64,000 nucleotides of DNA from Paraspadella gotoi. Its lineage: Eukaryota; Animalia; Chaetognatha. The notes beneath the pieces were generated by a model. The model had not been told where the DNA came from, did not search any database, and saw nothing but the letters and a program-made list of their open reading frames with translations. This document shows, piece by piece, positions 12,001-24,571 of this stretch; positions within the stretch are counted from its first letter, which is position 1; every line of letters starts with the position of its first letter. Both the position numbers and the translations under genes were made by a program. The stretch spans positions 770,272-834,271 of the forward strand of contig CM119269.1 of NCBI GenBank assembly GCA_051294375.1, written 5' to 3'.

Positions 12001-15000
12001 CCCACAGTCGAAACGATGACCCGATTCTTGCTACAATGATTTCCAATATCTCTATCTATCCCCGACCGGGTCCCAGAATCCCCTCTAGGTCCAGTGGGGA
12101 ACCCCCACAGCCATTTTTGCTCCATCCTCCAACTCTCAAGCCTCTCCAAAGAATGTCCATCCGAGCAGCGCCAAATAACTTTCCCACCCGAATACCTTGG
12201 CTCTTCGATTTCCATAAATTCTACCCTCGCGGATTCGACCAAGCAAGAGATATTTCTTCCTCTAAAATTCTTTCATTGTTTTGTTTTTGTTTCTTTCATG
12301 TTTTGTTTGTTACGTTTCTTCTCGCATCGTTTTTTTTTTCCCCTCGTTTGTACGCGAAAAATCTTTTTTTTTAACAATATCCCGCCATTATATCGCTTTA
12401 AATTTCTTTTTTTCTCGGCGGATTTATTACTATTTTTTTTTTTATTTATGCGATGACGTATTTATTTTAACTAGTCCTCGTTCGTGACTTTTTGTGATCA
12501 TTCGTGAGAACATATGATTGTTTTCTTTGCCCTTAAAAATCCCCGCGTCCTAAAAATCTTCTTCAGTCTGTTTTAAGTTAATTGTCTTTCACAAACTTAA
12601 ATGTCACAATTCGCCATCAGTAAAAATTCTGCCTTTACTCTCGATATGGTATGGTCCTTTTTTTTTTTAAATGTTGCCGATATTTCTCGGATACGTCTTC
12701 GTGCCTTGTTACGATTACTGTAAAAATAATAAATATTTACCAAAAAAAAAAAAGAGTTGTCTCGTTTTTCAAAATATGAAGGGTCGCAGGTAAAAGTTGG
12801 CGTCTTTGAGCTAGACCGATAAATCTTCACCAAATTACATTTGTTCTTTCTTCGTTCTAGGTGAGGTTGTTTTGAGTCGACCAATATCAATCGTTTAGAA
12901 GAATACTCGAATTATCGGAATAGTTACGATTTAGTTTGAGCCACCAGAAGAAAAAAAAAAAGCTAAGAAGGATTCTGAATAATCAAAAAACATGTGTTAA
13001 GGTAGTTTTTTGCTGAACGTTAAAAAAAAAAGAAATGCGAGCGTGATGGTCTTGCTTGTGTTTGTGGGCTGACCTCTAATAAAATGTCAGAAGGAATGAA
13101 AAGTAAGCGAAAGAATCATTTGTAAAAACTAAAACATTCTTATAATTCGGTAAGAAAACGTTAAATTTTATTTTTAGTGAGAAGATATTTTTTTTGGGGG
13201 GCTGAAATTTTTTTTTTATAATAAGAAAATAACTCAAAATGAAAAAAAAGACGCATACGCAGAGACACAATATTTTTATCAAGTTTACAAACTTTTTCTC
13301 CAATATTTTCAAAGCTTGTGATGAGTCACTGGGTTTTTTTTTCTGACTGGTTTTGCATAATGATGTTGCTTCGGTTTTAGAAGTATTAAGGAGTAAAGAC
13401 CTTCGTAGCGAATACATATTTAGTTGTGACTACTTGTCTAGACTGAGAAAAAAAATCAGTCATGATCAGAAAAGGGTGAATAAGCTCGAGTATGATTAAG
13501 AAGACAATTATGAAGTAATGTAGTGACTAGTAATGTAAATAAATTACGTATATTTTATACAATTTACATATAAGAGACAACTATATTTATCACCTTTTAG
13601 TTGAATCTTCTCACATATTTTAATTATCTTCATTATAACTGTATTTCTTTTAGACGGTTTTTAAATCGTTCGTTAGAAATAGTACATAACATTAAAATTC
13701 TACTATTAAACAGAATATGCATATTATATTCTCTTTTTTTTTCGTCGTAATCGCAAACGAGAGGAAAGAATAGATCTGTGATCTTTCACGATTGTGGGTG
13801 ATAACTGATAAGACTTAGATAAGATCTTCACGATTTCCTTCGATTGTCCAAGACTCGATCTCCAATTTTCGATCTCAATTTCTCACCCGCGGATCCCACC
13901 TTTGGCATCCATTCCTCTTTCCCTCGGCTTTTGCGATCTCGGGCAAATGGACCGCTCTCTTTACCCATTTCCAATGAAGGCTTTTCCATCATTGCGTTTT
14001 GCCGTTTGCATTTGCCGTTAGCCCTTTGATCGCTGCCCTTTGCCTTTTCCCCTTTTGCCATTTTCCTCGGCAATTGTCCCCTTTTAACATGGCCATGGCT
14101 GGCGCTCCACCCGCTCACCTTACTCTTTCATCTTCACCATGTATCCTTGCTCACCCTGTATCCATACTCACTCTGTATCCTGCTCACCCATATCTCCCTT
14201 TTTACTTCCCTTCGCCCTGACTCCCAAAATATGCCCAACTCCCCACCCTCCACTCCCAAACGCTCCCCCCCCAACCGCCCGACTCGAATATATTAAACTT
14301 CTCACGCGTTCGGGTTCGAATCCCCCGCTCATTACTTTTTTTTCTCTCTCTCTCTCTGTATTACTTTTTTTTGTCCCTAATCCAAAAAGATTTTTCCCTC
14401 TTCCTCCTTTTCTTCCTCCTCCCCTCCTCTTCTCCTCTTCCTCATCCCCTGATCGTCGTGGCGGGACTGTTTAGTCCGGGCATTAAAGCTTTAGAAGAGA
14501 GAGAGGGAGAGAGAGGGGAGAGAGAGAGAGAAAGAGAGAGACGGCTCATTTTATCCTCGAAACATTTTCTTTTTCGCAAAAAAGTTCTCTGTCTCGGGAA
14601 AAAGGAGGGAAAAAAGAAAAAATGTTAAAATTTTTTTTTTTAAATTTTTCGCTTACGGTTTTTTATGTGTCAACCTAATTTTTTTTTTTAGTTGTATCGC
14701 AACCTTTTTTTAACGTTTTTAACTTCGTCGTTGTCGTTATCCAAAGCGCCTAATCATCGTCGTACTCATCAAAAAAAATTATTTAACCCGATTTTAAGAA
14801 GAAAAGTGAGACTGGAAAATGCGATACAGACATTAAAAAAAAAAATGAGAAATTAAAAAAAATTAGAAACACAAAAAAATTAAGAGAAGCGCCTGAAAAG
14901 AAAACCGGCAAAAGAAAACCGGCAAAAGAAAACGGCAAAAGAAAACGGCATTCTCCGGCTTTTTTGCTGACAATTTACTTTTAACTCGTTTTAATAAAAC

Positions 15001-15195
15001 TTTTATCTTTTTTCTTTCTACGAGAAAAAAAATATAAAAAATAAAAGAATCCGGCTTTTTTTTTTTTGTGTGTGTGTATTTTTTTTTCTCTCTTTGGCGA
15101 AGAGAACTGAACATTGAACATCGCTCTTCGCGATGTGGAGCGCGTTTCTCATTTTCGGCGGCGAGAGAGACTTTTCGGGTTTCTGTTTTTTGAGA
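9028..15195 (+). repeat. Tandem re-copy of ~2838-9010 (~6.2 kb), including a frameshifted copy of the last two ARHGEF18 exons
   Basis: Colinear near-identity with 2838-9010 (e.g. GAGCAACAGCAGAAGGAGTTGATAAGACTGCG at ~2848 and ~9039). Differences are mostly 1-bp indels that fragment the terminal-exon ORF at ~10943-12265. Confidence 0.9.
10943..12265 (+). pseudogene. Frameshifted duplicate of the ARHGEF18 terminal exon (pseudo-copy or, more likely, an assembly artefact)
   Basis: The same peptides as 4705-6033 (PHLISATNEEKR, VQQLFPLFLAK, INSTLADSTKQEIF) are spread over several frames. Confidence 0.6.
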
Positions 15196-15325
15196 ATAAA
15201 TACGATAAACCTGTTTATTTTTGGGAGGAGAGAACAAGTGGGATGGAGAGAGTGGGGGGAGGTAGAAAGAGAATGGGGAGAGAGAAAATGGAAGGGGAGA
15301 AAAGTAGGTTAAGGGAGGGGGTAGG

Positions 15326-15404
<79 letters not shown>

Positions 15405-15408
15405 GAAA

Positions 15409-15433
15409 NNNNNNNNNNNNNNNNNNNNNNNNN
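15409..15433. other. Assembly gap of exactly 25 N (also 18149-18173, 35395-35419, 51902-51926); other gaps at 19430-19816, 22930-23194, 26720-26729, 46859-47017, 50216-50682
   Basis: N runs counted from the sequence. Confidence 0.95.
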
Positions 15434-15613
15434 ACTAGAATAAAAACTCCTCTCATTTTTCATTTCAAACTTTTTAGTGATCATCCGTCCAATACTTAGA
15501 AGACATGTTTTTTTCAACTAAAAAAAAAAATTCCCTAAAGATTAGAGAATAATAGTGAAAGTGAGAGGAAGAAAATAAGAAATCGGTGGGCGTCAACCGA
15601 AGAGTAATACAAG

Positions 15614-16625
15614 ATGGCGCCTCGTTCCGACGAAGCAGACGACGCCGACGCTGTCCCGGCGAAAACCTCGCTAGAATCGCCGGAACCAATCCGTGACGGA
15701 GCCACGTATGTTCCAATTTCGAGCGACGCACAAAATTGGGTCTCCTTTTCCATTATTCCGACGCCGCCGAAACTGAACCAACTCAGCGTCGGGCGGCGTT
15801 CTTTCGCGCCGTCGCTGACGTCGCCTTTTGCCGGCGCTGTCTTCGACGATCGCTTCTCGCTAGAAACAAATGAGCATCGGGACTCGAAAACGACAAATAA
15901 AACAAACAAAACTAATAAAACAAAAACAAACAGAACTAGTCAATTTTTAGGCGATGATTTTTTGCCGATGTTGAGTCGGAATCTCTTTCTTCGACGCCGG
16001 AGTCAAAAACGACGCCGGTTTCGAGGCGCCGTTCGTTCCCTCGCGACCGAAAATCGAGGGTCGGCGTGTCACAGACGGTTTCGGGTCGACGACTCTTTCT
16101 TTGGAGACGGCGCGTTGTCGTTCTCGCTTTTACCGTCGAACGATTCCCACTCCACTGCCGAACCGACGACCAGCTCTTCTCCCGGCTCCACTGCCAAACT
16201 TATGCCCAGCTCCTCTACCAGTTTCACTGCCAAAATTAGGACCAGCTCCACTGCCAACCTGACTAATAGCTCCTTTACTAGCGCTACTTTCAGCTCCACT
16301 GCCAACGGGGAAGTGATCCCTACCTTCCCGCCAAATCGTTCAACTCCAAATTCCCAAACCCTCCACCCTTCCGCCTGGGCCCGCTCCACCGCCCAGCCCC
16401 GATCCACCGCCCAGCCCCGCTCCAGCCCCCACCCGCTCTTCTTCGCCGCTACTCTGCTCCTCTTCTTCGTCGCTTCGTGTTTGTGTTTCGCGGCGCCGTC
16501 TGCGGCGCTGGCGGTCGTCGAAGCGGCGCCGCCGGTCGAGGCGTCGAAAGATCCAGTCTTCGTCGTCGTCGTCGTCGTCGTCGTTGTTGTCTGTCGGATT
16601 TGGAATCTCATTTCGCCGGTGCAAG
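15614..16625 (+). CDS. Candidate coding first exon (S/T-rich region plus hydrophobic signal/anchor), possibly exon 1 of the ADAMTS gene
   Basis: ATG in CAAGATGGCG context. Open for ~337 codons up to the donor CAAG|GTAAAG, followed by (GA)n. Contains degenerate STA repeats and 'PLFFAATLLLFFVASCLCFAAPSAALA'. Ends in phase 1, matching the phase-1 start of ADAMTS exon 40170. A competing minus-strand ORF exists. Confidence 0.4.
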
Positions 16626-16635
16626 GTAAAGAGGG

Positions 16636-16695
<60 letters not shown>

Positions 16696-16800
16696 TAGAG
16701 AAACGAGGAGAGGGAGGGAGAGAAGAGAAGATGGGTCGGGATTTGCAGATGTGGGAAAGGGAATGGGGAGAGGGTAATGAAAGTAAAAATAATTAGAAAA

Positions 16801-16869
<69 letters not shown>

Positions 16870-17239
16870 AGAAAGTGAGATTGAATTAGAATGAGGAGGA
16901 GGGAAAAATGTAAAAGCCAGACCTTAACCACTGTAGGCCAAAAAAAAGCTTCACGAACCATTTATTTTCGGTTGCTCCTAATTGTTCCGCCCGAAACATT
17001 CGTCCAGGTATTCTTGTTAGCGGGTTTAGTGCCTATAGTGCACATCTTTCTCTATTTTTCTCTATTTTTTAGACCCTATTATTTTCTTTCTTTCTTTCGT
17101 TCTTCTTTCTTTCTTTCCTGTTTGTTTGTTTTGTTTTTTGTTTTTTTTTTCTTTCTTTTCTTTCTTTCTTTTCTTTCTTTCTTTCTTTTCTTTTCTTTTT
17201 TCTTTCTTTCTTTCTTTCATTCTTCCTTGTTTGTTTGTT

Positions 17240-17283
<44 letters not shown>

Positions 17284-18173
17284 TTCTTTCTTTCTTTTTT
17301 TTCTAACTTTTCTTCTTTTTTTTGCCCTTTTTTTATTTCTTAAATTTAACTTTTTTTCCCTTCATAAAATGAAATGCTTCTTCATATAAAAAAAATTTTG
17401 CCAGAAGAAAATATAAATTTAAGTGAAGCTAATTAGTTCTTGTAAATCCTGTAGATCAAGAGGAATCACTTTCATCCTGAGCGCAGGAAATGGATCTGGT
17501 GAAGGAAAATCAAGAAAAAAAAAAGAATAATAAGGCCATGTTCGATCAAGATATTTAAAGGTGGTCACGAATCGATAAGACGTGAAGAAGAGTTGTATAT
17601 TAATATATAATAATCACAAAAAGGGTTTGAATTTATTAAAAAGAGGGAAACGAAAACGAAAGGGCGAAAAAAAATCAAATGAACGAATCAAAGGACGAAT
17701 GAATGATCAAAAAGGAAATTGGTTGTGGCAGGGATGAACGAGAGCGAGCGGAGTGAACGAGAGAGCGAGCGGGAGTGAACGAGAGAGCGAGCGGGAGTGA
17801 ACGAGAGAGCGAGCGGGAGTGAACAAGTAGGGGCCGGTTGATCGGGCGTCGGATGTTAAAGGATTGGACGGGGAGGGAGGGGCAGGGGGGGCATAAGAAG
17901 CGATCGTGAGTTTTGACGTGACGATGATTTATCGCGCGGCTCAAAGATCACACTTTAAAAGCGTTTCCAACTTTTCCACGGAGAAACCCTTTTTACGGCT
18001 TTTATGTGTCGTACAAATTTTTTTTCTCGTTCGGAGCATGTGGCTAAGGGGGAGGGAAATGGCGAAGTGGCGAGGAATGTTGGTAAATGTAAAAAAGTAA
18101 TTTAAAAGAAAAAAGGTGTTTTTTTTAAAACCTTTTTAAATGGTTTTTNNNNNNNNNNNNNNNNNNNNNNNNN

Positions 18174-18206
<33 letters not shown>

Positions 18207-18571
18207 AGAAAGTGAGATTGAATTAGAATGAGAGCAGGAGGGAAAAATGTAAAAGCCAGACCCTTAACCACTGTAAGGCCAAAAAAAAAGCTTCCACGAA
18301 CCCATTTATTTTTCGGTTGCTCCTAATTGTTTCCGCCCGAAACATTCGTCCAGGTATTCTTGTTAGCGGGTTTAGTGCCTATAGTGCACATCTTTCTCTA
18401 TTTTTCTCTATTTTTTAGACCCTATTATTTTCTTTCTTTCTTTCGTTCTTTCTTTCTTTCTTTCCTTGTTTGTTTGTTTGTTTTTTGTTTTTTTTTCTTT
18501 CTTTCTTTCTTTCTTTCTTTTCTTTTCTTTTTTCTTTCTTTCTTTCTTTCATTCTTCCTTGTTTGTTTGTT

Positions 18572-18623
<52 letters not shown>

Positions 18624-19429
18624 TTTTTTCTAACTTTTCTTCTTTTTTTGCCCTTTTTTTATTTCTTAAATTTAACTTTTTTTCCCTTCATAAAATGAAA
18701 TGCTTCTTCATATAAAAAAAATTTTGCCAGAAAGAAAATATAAATTTAAGTGAAGCTAATTTAGGTTCTGGTAAATCCTGTAGATCAAGAGGAATCACTT
18801 TCATCCTGAGCGCAGGGAAATGGGATCTGGTTGAAGGAAAATCAAGAAAAAAAAAAGAATAATAAGGCCATGTTCGATCAAGATATTTATAAGGTGGTCA
18901 CGAATCGATAAGACGTGAAGAAGAGTTGTATATTAATATATAATAATCAACAAAAAGGGTTTGAATTTATTAAAAAGAGGGAAACGAAACGAAAGGGCGA
19001 AAAAAATCAAATGAACGAATCAAAGGAGCGAATGAATGATCAAAAAGGAAATTGGTTGTGGCAGGGATGAACGAGAGCGAGCGGGAGTGAACGAGAGAGC
19101 GAGCGGGAGTGAACGAGAGAGCGAGCGGGAGTGAACAAGTAGGGGCCGGTTGATCGGGCGTCGGATGTTAAAGGATTGGACGGGGAGGGAGGGGCAGGGG
19201 GGGCATAGAAGCGATCGTGAGTTTTGACGTGACGATGATTTATCGCGCGGCTCAAAGATCACAACTTTAAAGAGCGTTTCCAACTTTTCCACGGAGAAAC
19301 CCTTTTTACGCTTTTATGTGTCGTACAAATTTTTTTTCTCGTTCGGAGCATGTGGCTAAGGGGGGAGGGAAATGGCGAAGTGGCGAGGAATGTTGGTAAA
19401 TTGTAAAAAAGTAATTTAAAAGAAAAAAG
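18174..19429 (+). repeat. Tandem re-copy of ~16840-18115 immediately after a 25-N gap
   Basis: Same sequence (GATAAAGAAAGTGAGATTGAATTAGAATGAG ... AAAAAGTAATTTAAAAGAAAAAAG) on both sides of the gap at 18149-18173, with small indels. Confidence 0.9.
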
Positions 19430-20342
19430 NNNNNNNNNNNNNNNNNNNNNNNNNNNNNNNNNNNNNNNNNNNNNNNNNNNNNNNNNNNNNNNNNNNNNNN
19501 NNNNNNNNNNNNNNNNNNNNNNNNNNNNNNNNNNNNNNNNNNNNNNNNNNNNNNNNNNNNNNNNNNNNNNNNNNNNNNNNNNNNNNNNNNNNNNNNNNNN
19601 NNNNNNNNNNNNNNNNNNNNNNNNNNNNNNNNNNNNNNNNNNNNNNNNNNNNNNNNNNNNNNNNNNNNNNNNNNNNNNNNNNNNNNNNNNNNNNNNNNNN
19701 NNNNNNNNNNNNNNNNNNNNNNNNNNNNNNNNNNNNNNNNNNNNNNNNNNNNNNNNNNNNNNNNNNNNNNNNNNNNNNNNNNNNNNNNNNNNNNNNNNNN
19801 NNNNNNNNNNNNNNNNGGGGGGGGAGGAGTTGGTAGGGATTATGAAAACAAAAGTAAAAGCATAAAAATGATTGAAAGTTTTATTAAATTGGATAATGTT
19901 AGTCAAATGTGAGTCGCATTTTTTTAAGATTATCGTTTAATATTATTTATTAATTTAATCCCTTGTTTTATTGGTCTTACTACGCCAGGGAGACATTTTC
20001 CCGTCTTTCATTCATTAGTCGGAAAAACGATCCTCGCCGGGAGAAAAAACAAATTCCCTCCGATTCAGTTGACTGATAACGATCCTGTAAATCAGGGAAC
20101 CGATTTGCTTGTGAGACTTGAGATGTATCCGTTGCTTTCAGCTACAAAGAGTCAGTGAATGCTTAAAATTAACCAAAATTTACTGTGATCCAGTATTGAA
20201 AGGATAATTTTTTTTTAAAACTAAGAGCAAACAGATTCGCCGAGATTCGGCGTTGATATGATGGGTTTTTTTTTAAATGAAAACGTGGGGTCTGAGGTTC
20301 TTGCGGGGGTCCTTATTGAAGGTGTCGGAAACTATATTATTT

Positions 20343-20382
<40 letters not shown>

Positions 20383-21944
20383 TCAATCTATCTACGTATC
20401 TATCAATCTATCAATCAATCACTTTTTTCCTCTTCTGCGCTTTAAAAAAATTAATAAAAATTAAAATCAAAATTTAAAGACAAACAAATGAAATTAAAAG
20501 AAGGAGTCCTTCTGTTTATTAACTGCGTGTGGTTCGTTCCCCGTCCTTATCGTAAAGATGTTTACACTGTTCATAAAGTATGAGCGTCAAAATCTTTAAA
20601 AAAAACCCGAGTCGATATTTATCTTCCTAATTCAATTTTTTTTTTAATAAAGACAATTTTTCGGGAGGAGACGATGAGTACAGATCGAAATTCAAAAACC
20701 GAATCAAAGTATTTTTAAAACTGAGATGAAATAAATAAACCATTTATATACGTTTGCATGCGAAAGGATCCATTCACCAGCGTAGGACATCGCCCCGTCG
20801 GGATTGGAACGAATTGTCAATAGCGGTTTTTTTTTTGTTTCCTTCTTTTCCGTTATCGGGAAACATCTGTTTGTCTCATTGAAACTGTCAGATAGAACTC
20901 TTTTTTTACCTTTGCACCAAATTGAAATCGTCTTTTTCAATGATATTAATGTAATTCTTACTCCTTCGTAGATCTGACTGAGATTAAGTCTGATATTTGA
21001 GGATAAACGTGATAATTTTTAGGCTGATTTCCCTGTATATCTCGTAAGTCATTGGGAGAATGCTCGTAGCTATTTCGACGGTAAAGAGTGCAAATTGTTT
21101 GCACCGGGATTTTTTGTGTCTTGATGAATGAGGAAGAAGAGAGGGACGACGACGACGACGTTACGGCAACTGTACGACGTACGATCCGAGGGGCTGATTC
21201 GACGGAATAAACGACTAAGACGAACGGCGTGGTATGGTTTCTCTCCGAAATTTATCGTCACGCAAAAATGGTCCAAAAAATTAAAGATGCGCAGAAGGGT
21301 GAGATGATTTATAATAGGAAATAACTGGACATACGTGTCAAGAAAGAGAGAGAGGAGAGAGATGACGAGAGAGAGTGCAAGTGGAGAGGTAGAATGAGAT
21401 AGATGAGAGAAGAGAGAATAGGAAGAGAGTGGAGTCAACGATGAGAAGAGAGTGATGAGAGAACTCGAGTTCGTCGTCCGTTGATGACATCGTGTCAATA
21501 ATTTTGTACGAATAGAGCAGAATGAATTAAATCGGCTTGTCCAGAGTCTCCTCGTATTTCTTCATTTTGTGTATGAAGAGTGTAAGGTATTAGTCTTAAG
21601 TTGGCTTTGGCTACGTCGAGAACGTGATGAGAGAAGAGAGATGGGAATTGAGAAAGAGAGAAGGTGGAGAGCTTGAGAGAGACTGGGATAAGAAGAACTG
21701 GTACTGACGAAGAGAATGGAAGATTCGAGGTAGAGAGACGACCGAGTAGGAGAGACGAGTACGATAGCATAGATGGCTGGGCGGAACAGGCGGAGAGACA
21801 AAACCGTAGATTATGACACTTTTACGATCCTCATCTCTTCGGTCGTTCTCCTTGCGGACGCCCCGATTCTTAAACACCCTGAATCTTTGGCACCCCGATC
21901 TGATTTTGGACGTCTGAGGTTCGATTTCCCTTAATATTAATTAA

Positions 21945-22298
21945 AGTATAATGTCTGATGTGCCCTCATCCTAATAACAGTATTACGTTCCTTTATTTTA
22001 ATCACAGTATAATGTCTGATGTGCCCTCATCCTAATAACAGTATTACGTTCCTTTATCTTAATCACAGTATAATGTCTGATATGCCCTAATCCTAATAAC
22101 AGTATTACGTTCCTTTATCTTAATCACAGTATAATGTCTGATATGCCCTAATCCTAATAACAGTATTACGTTCCTTTATGTTAATCACAGTATAATGTCT
22201 GATATGCCCTAATCCTAATAACAGTATTATGTTCCTTTATCTTAATCACAGTATAATGTCTGATATCCCTTAATCCTAATAACAGTATGACGTTCCTT
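21945..22298. repeat. Minisatellite, 61-bp unit x ~5.8
   Basis: Unit AGTATAATGTCTGATATGCCCTAATCCTAATAACAGTATTACGTTCCTTTATCTTAATCAC starts at 21945, 22006, 22067, 22128, 22189 and 22250, head-to-tail with no spacers. Confidence 0.92.
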
Positions 22299-22366
22299 AA
22301 TCTTCCGCACAAATAAACGCGACTCGCTCCGATTCTATTTCCAGACTTCTCCTTCACCCACACCAA

Positions 22367-22386
22367 GCGCCCTCTCAACTCACGCC

Positions 22387-22417
<31 letters not shown>

Positions 22418-22464
22418 ACGCCCTCTCAACTCACGCCCTCTCAACTCGCCCTCTCAACTCACGC
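22367..22464. repeat. Short tandem repeat (CGCCCTCTCAACTCA / CTCAACT units)
   Basis: Directly visible 15-bp and 7-bp units. Confidence 0.8.
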
Positions 22465-22896
22465 GTCGACACCCCCCCGAGGCCTAAATTCTGTCTGGTG
22501 ATAATTGATCCTTGACCTTTGATGACCTTTGATGACCTCGATTCGAAAATTGATCCGTCGAAGTTCGTTCGTTTGACGAATTCAATAGACGCGCATCTTT
22601 CAACGCGGAGACGAATAAAGTCATCGAAAAAAAAGTTCGTCTTTGTTTAATTTCTTATCGCATCTTGGATACATATTAGACCTCGAACTCGAGACCTCTC
22701 GGCGACACACCCGCAACTTTGCATCTGGACCATCTTCGGACGTTCGACACGCGTCGTACAAATTCTCCCCAGCTTTTATCTCTCACCCACTTTGCCTTTC
22801 CCCCCACATTATTTCTCTCACCTCTCTCTCCAATTCTTCTTGCCAAAAGTCAAGTTTTGACCCAATTTACATTCGCTTTTTATCTTCTGACCACAA

Positions 22897-22929
<33 letters not shown>

Positions 22930-23453
22930 NNNNNNNNNNNNNNNNNNNNNNNNNNNNNNNNNNNNNNNNNNNNNNNNNNNNNNNNNNNNNNNNNNNNNNN
23001 NNNNNNNNNNNNNNNNNNNNNNNNNNNNNNNNNNNNNNNNNNNNNNNNNNNNNNNNNNNNNNNNNNNNNNNNNNNNNNNNNNNNNNNNNNNNNNNNNNNN
23101 NNNNNNNNNNNNNNNNNNNNNNNNNNNNNNNNNNNNNNNNNNNNNNNNNNNNNNNNNNNNNNNNNNNNNNNNNNNNNNNNNNNNNNNNNNNNNNACGAAC
23201 CAGACTCCCATCACCAGTGCACCACACACCAGAGACTCCACCGTTCCAAGTTGATAAAATTCGATGTTTTTATTCCGAGTCGGATTATTTTGGTGATAAC
23301 TTTCCAAGCGGCCGAAGCCCCTGAGGTGTCGAGCCAAAAAACGATCGTATTTGTAAATCGATTTTGAAGTTCGAACTTTCCTGGCGAATCATTTTCTGGG
23401 TCATGTTTTCGCTTTTTTTATTCGATATGGGACGAGAGAGGGAGGAAATGCAT

Positions 23454-23509
<56 letters not shown>

Positions 23510-24265
23510 TGGAGTTTTGGTGAAAGGAGAGAGAGGAAAAGGTTGAGAAATCTTGATAGAGATAGGAGTAAAAATGGACTGTTGAATTCAACTGTGTGAA
23601 GTGAAGTTGTAGGAGCGAGAAATGCCTGACGCAAACGAACTTCAAAAAATTTGTTAAACAATAGACATTAGACATTTGACATCCATGAGACAATCTTACT
23701 CTTAGTATAGAAATTTGCCAAGTCTCAACGGGACATAACGAGTTTTAAACTGTAAAACTTAAAATAACCAATATAATATATACAACTAGATTTGTTAATG
23801 TCATATCCGGACATTACAGCCTGCGTTCTTCTTCTCTCGAAATCTTACTATTTTAAATAAACTTGTTTAAAGATTACGTAGACGTATTTTTTTTCTGTTT
23901 TTTATTTTTTCGCGCGAAATATAAAAGTCATAATAACTCATTTATCATCTCTTTTCGGCTTTTTTTGTTATTGTCTTTTTTTAACAAGAGAATTTTTAAA
24001 TAGGAAGATAATTGAAAGTAATTGAACGATTTTCGGTTTTTTTTCGCTCGTAAACAAAACAATTAGTCGACCACCTATCGAAGACAAAAGAAATTCCTCG
24101 AACTAGTTTAATCTTACAAAAATAAAAGAGCAACGGACCGGTTCGTTTTAGGATTGACGCTTATTAATACCGAACTGAACATTTTAAATAAATTTACTCA
24201 AATAAAATGGAAAAGTTTGGATCTCCCTTGAGATCTTTGGACGCGGCGACAACCCAGCGTCTCGA

Positions 24266-24336
<71 letters not shown>

Positions 24337-24493
24337 AAGTCTTTTCTCCCCTTAACCTTTTAACAGTTCCCCCTGGGGTAAAACTCTTCCCTTTCCAACG
24401 CTCTTCCCATGTCGCCGACAAAAAAAAGATTTCTCCCTTTCCACTTCCTTTTTTTTGTCTCTTTCTCCCCATTTTCTTCTTATTTGTCCTTTC

Positions 24494-24571
<78 letters not shown>

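Noticed and set aside
15535-16803. Minus-strand gene model ending in a GPI-like hydrophobic tail (..HRFLIFFLSLSLLFSNL*)
   Set aside because: Needs weak or non-canonical splice sites, while the plus-strand frame is longer, uninterrupted, and has a good ATG and donor. Disfavoured, not excluded.
16891-18715. Phe/Leu/Ser-rich 'membrane protein' ORFs, and the many LSLSLS/ERERER ORFs elsewhere
   Set aside because: Products of (CTTT)n and (CT/GA)n microsatellites.
21945-22298. Regularly spaced repeats that could be mistaken for a CRISPR array
   Set aside because: Units are head-to-tail with no unique spacers, there are no cas genes, and the context is eukaryotic: an ordinary minisatellite.
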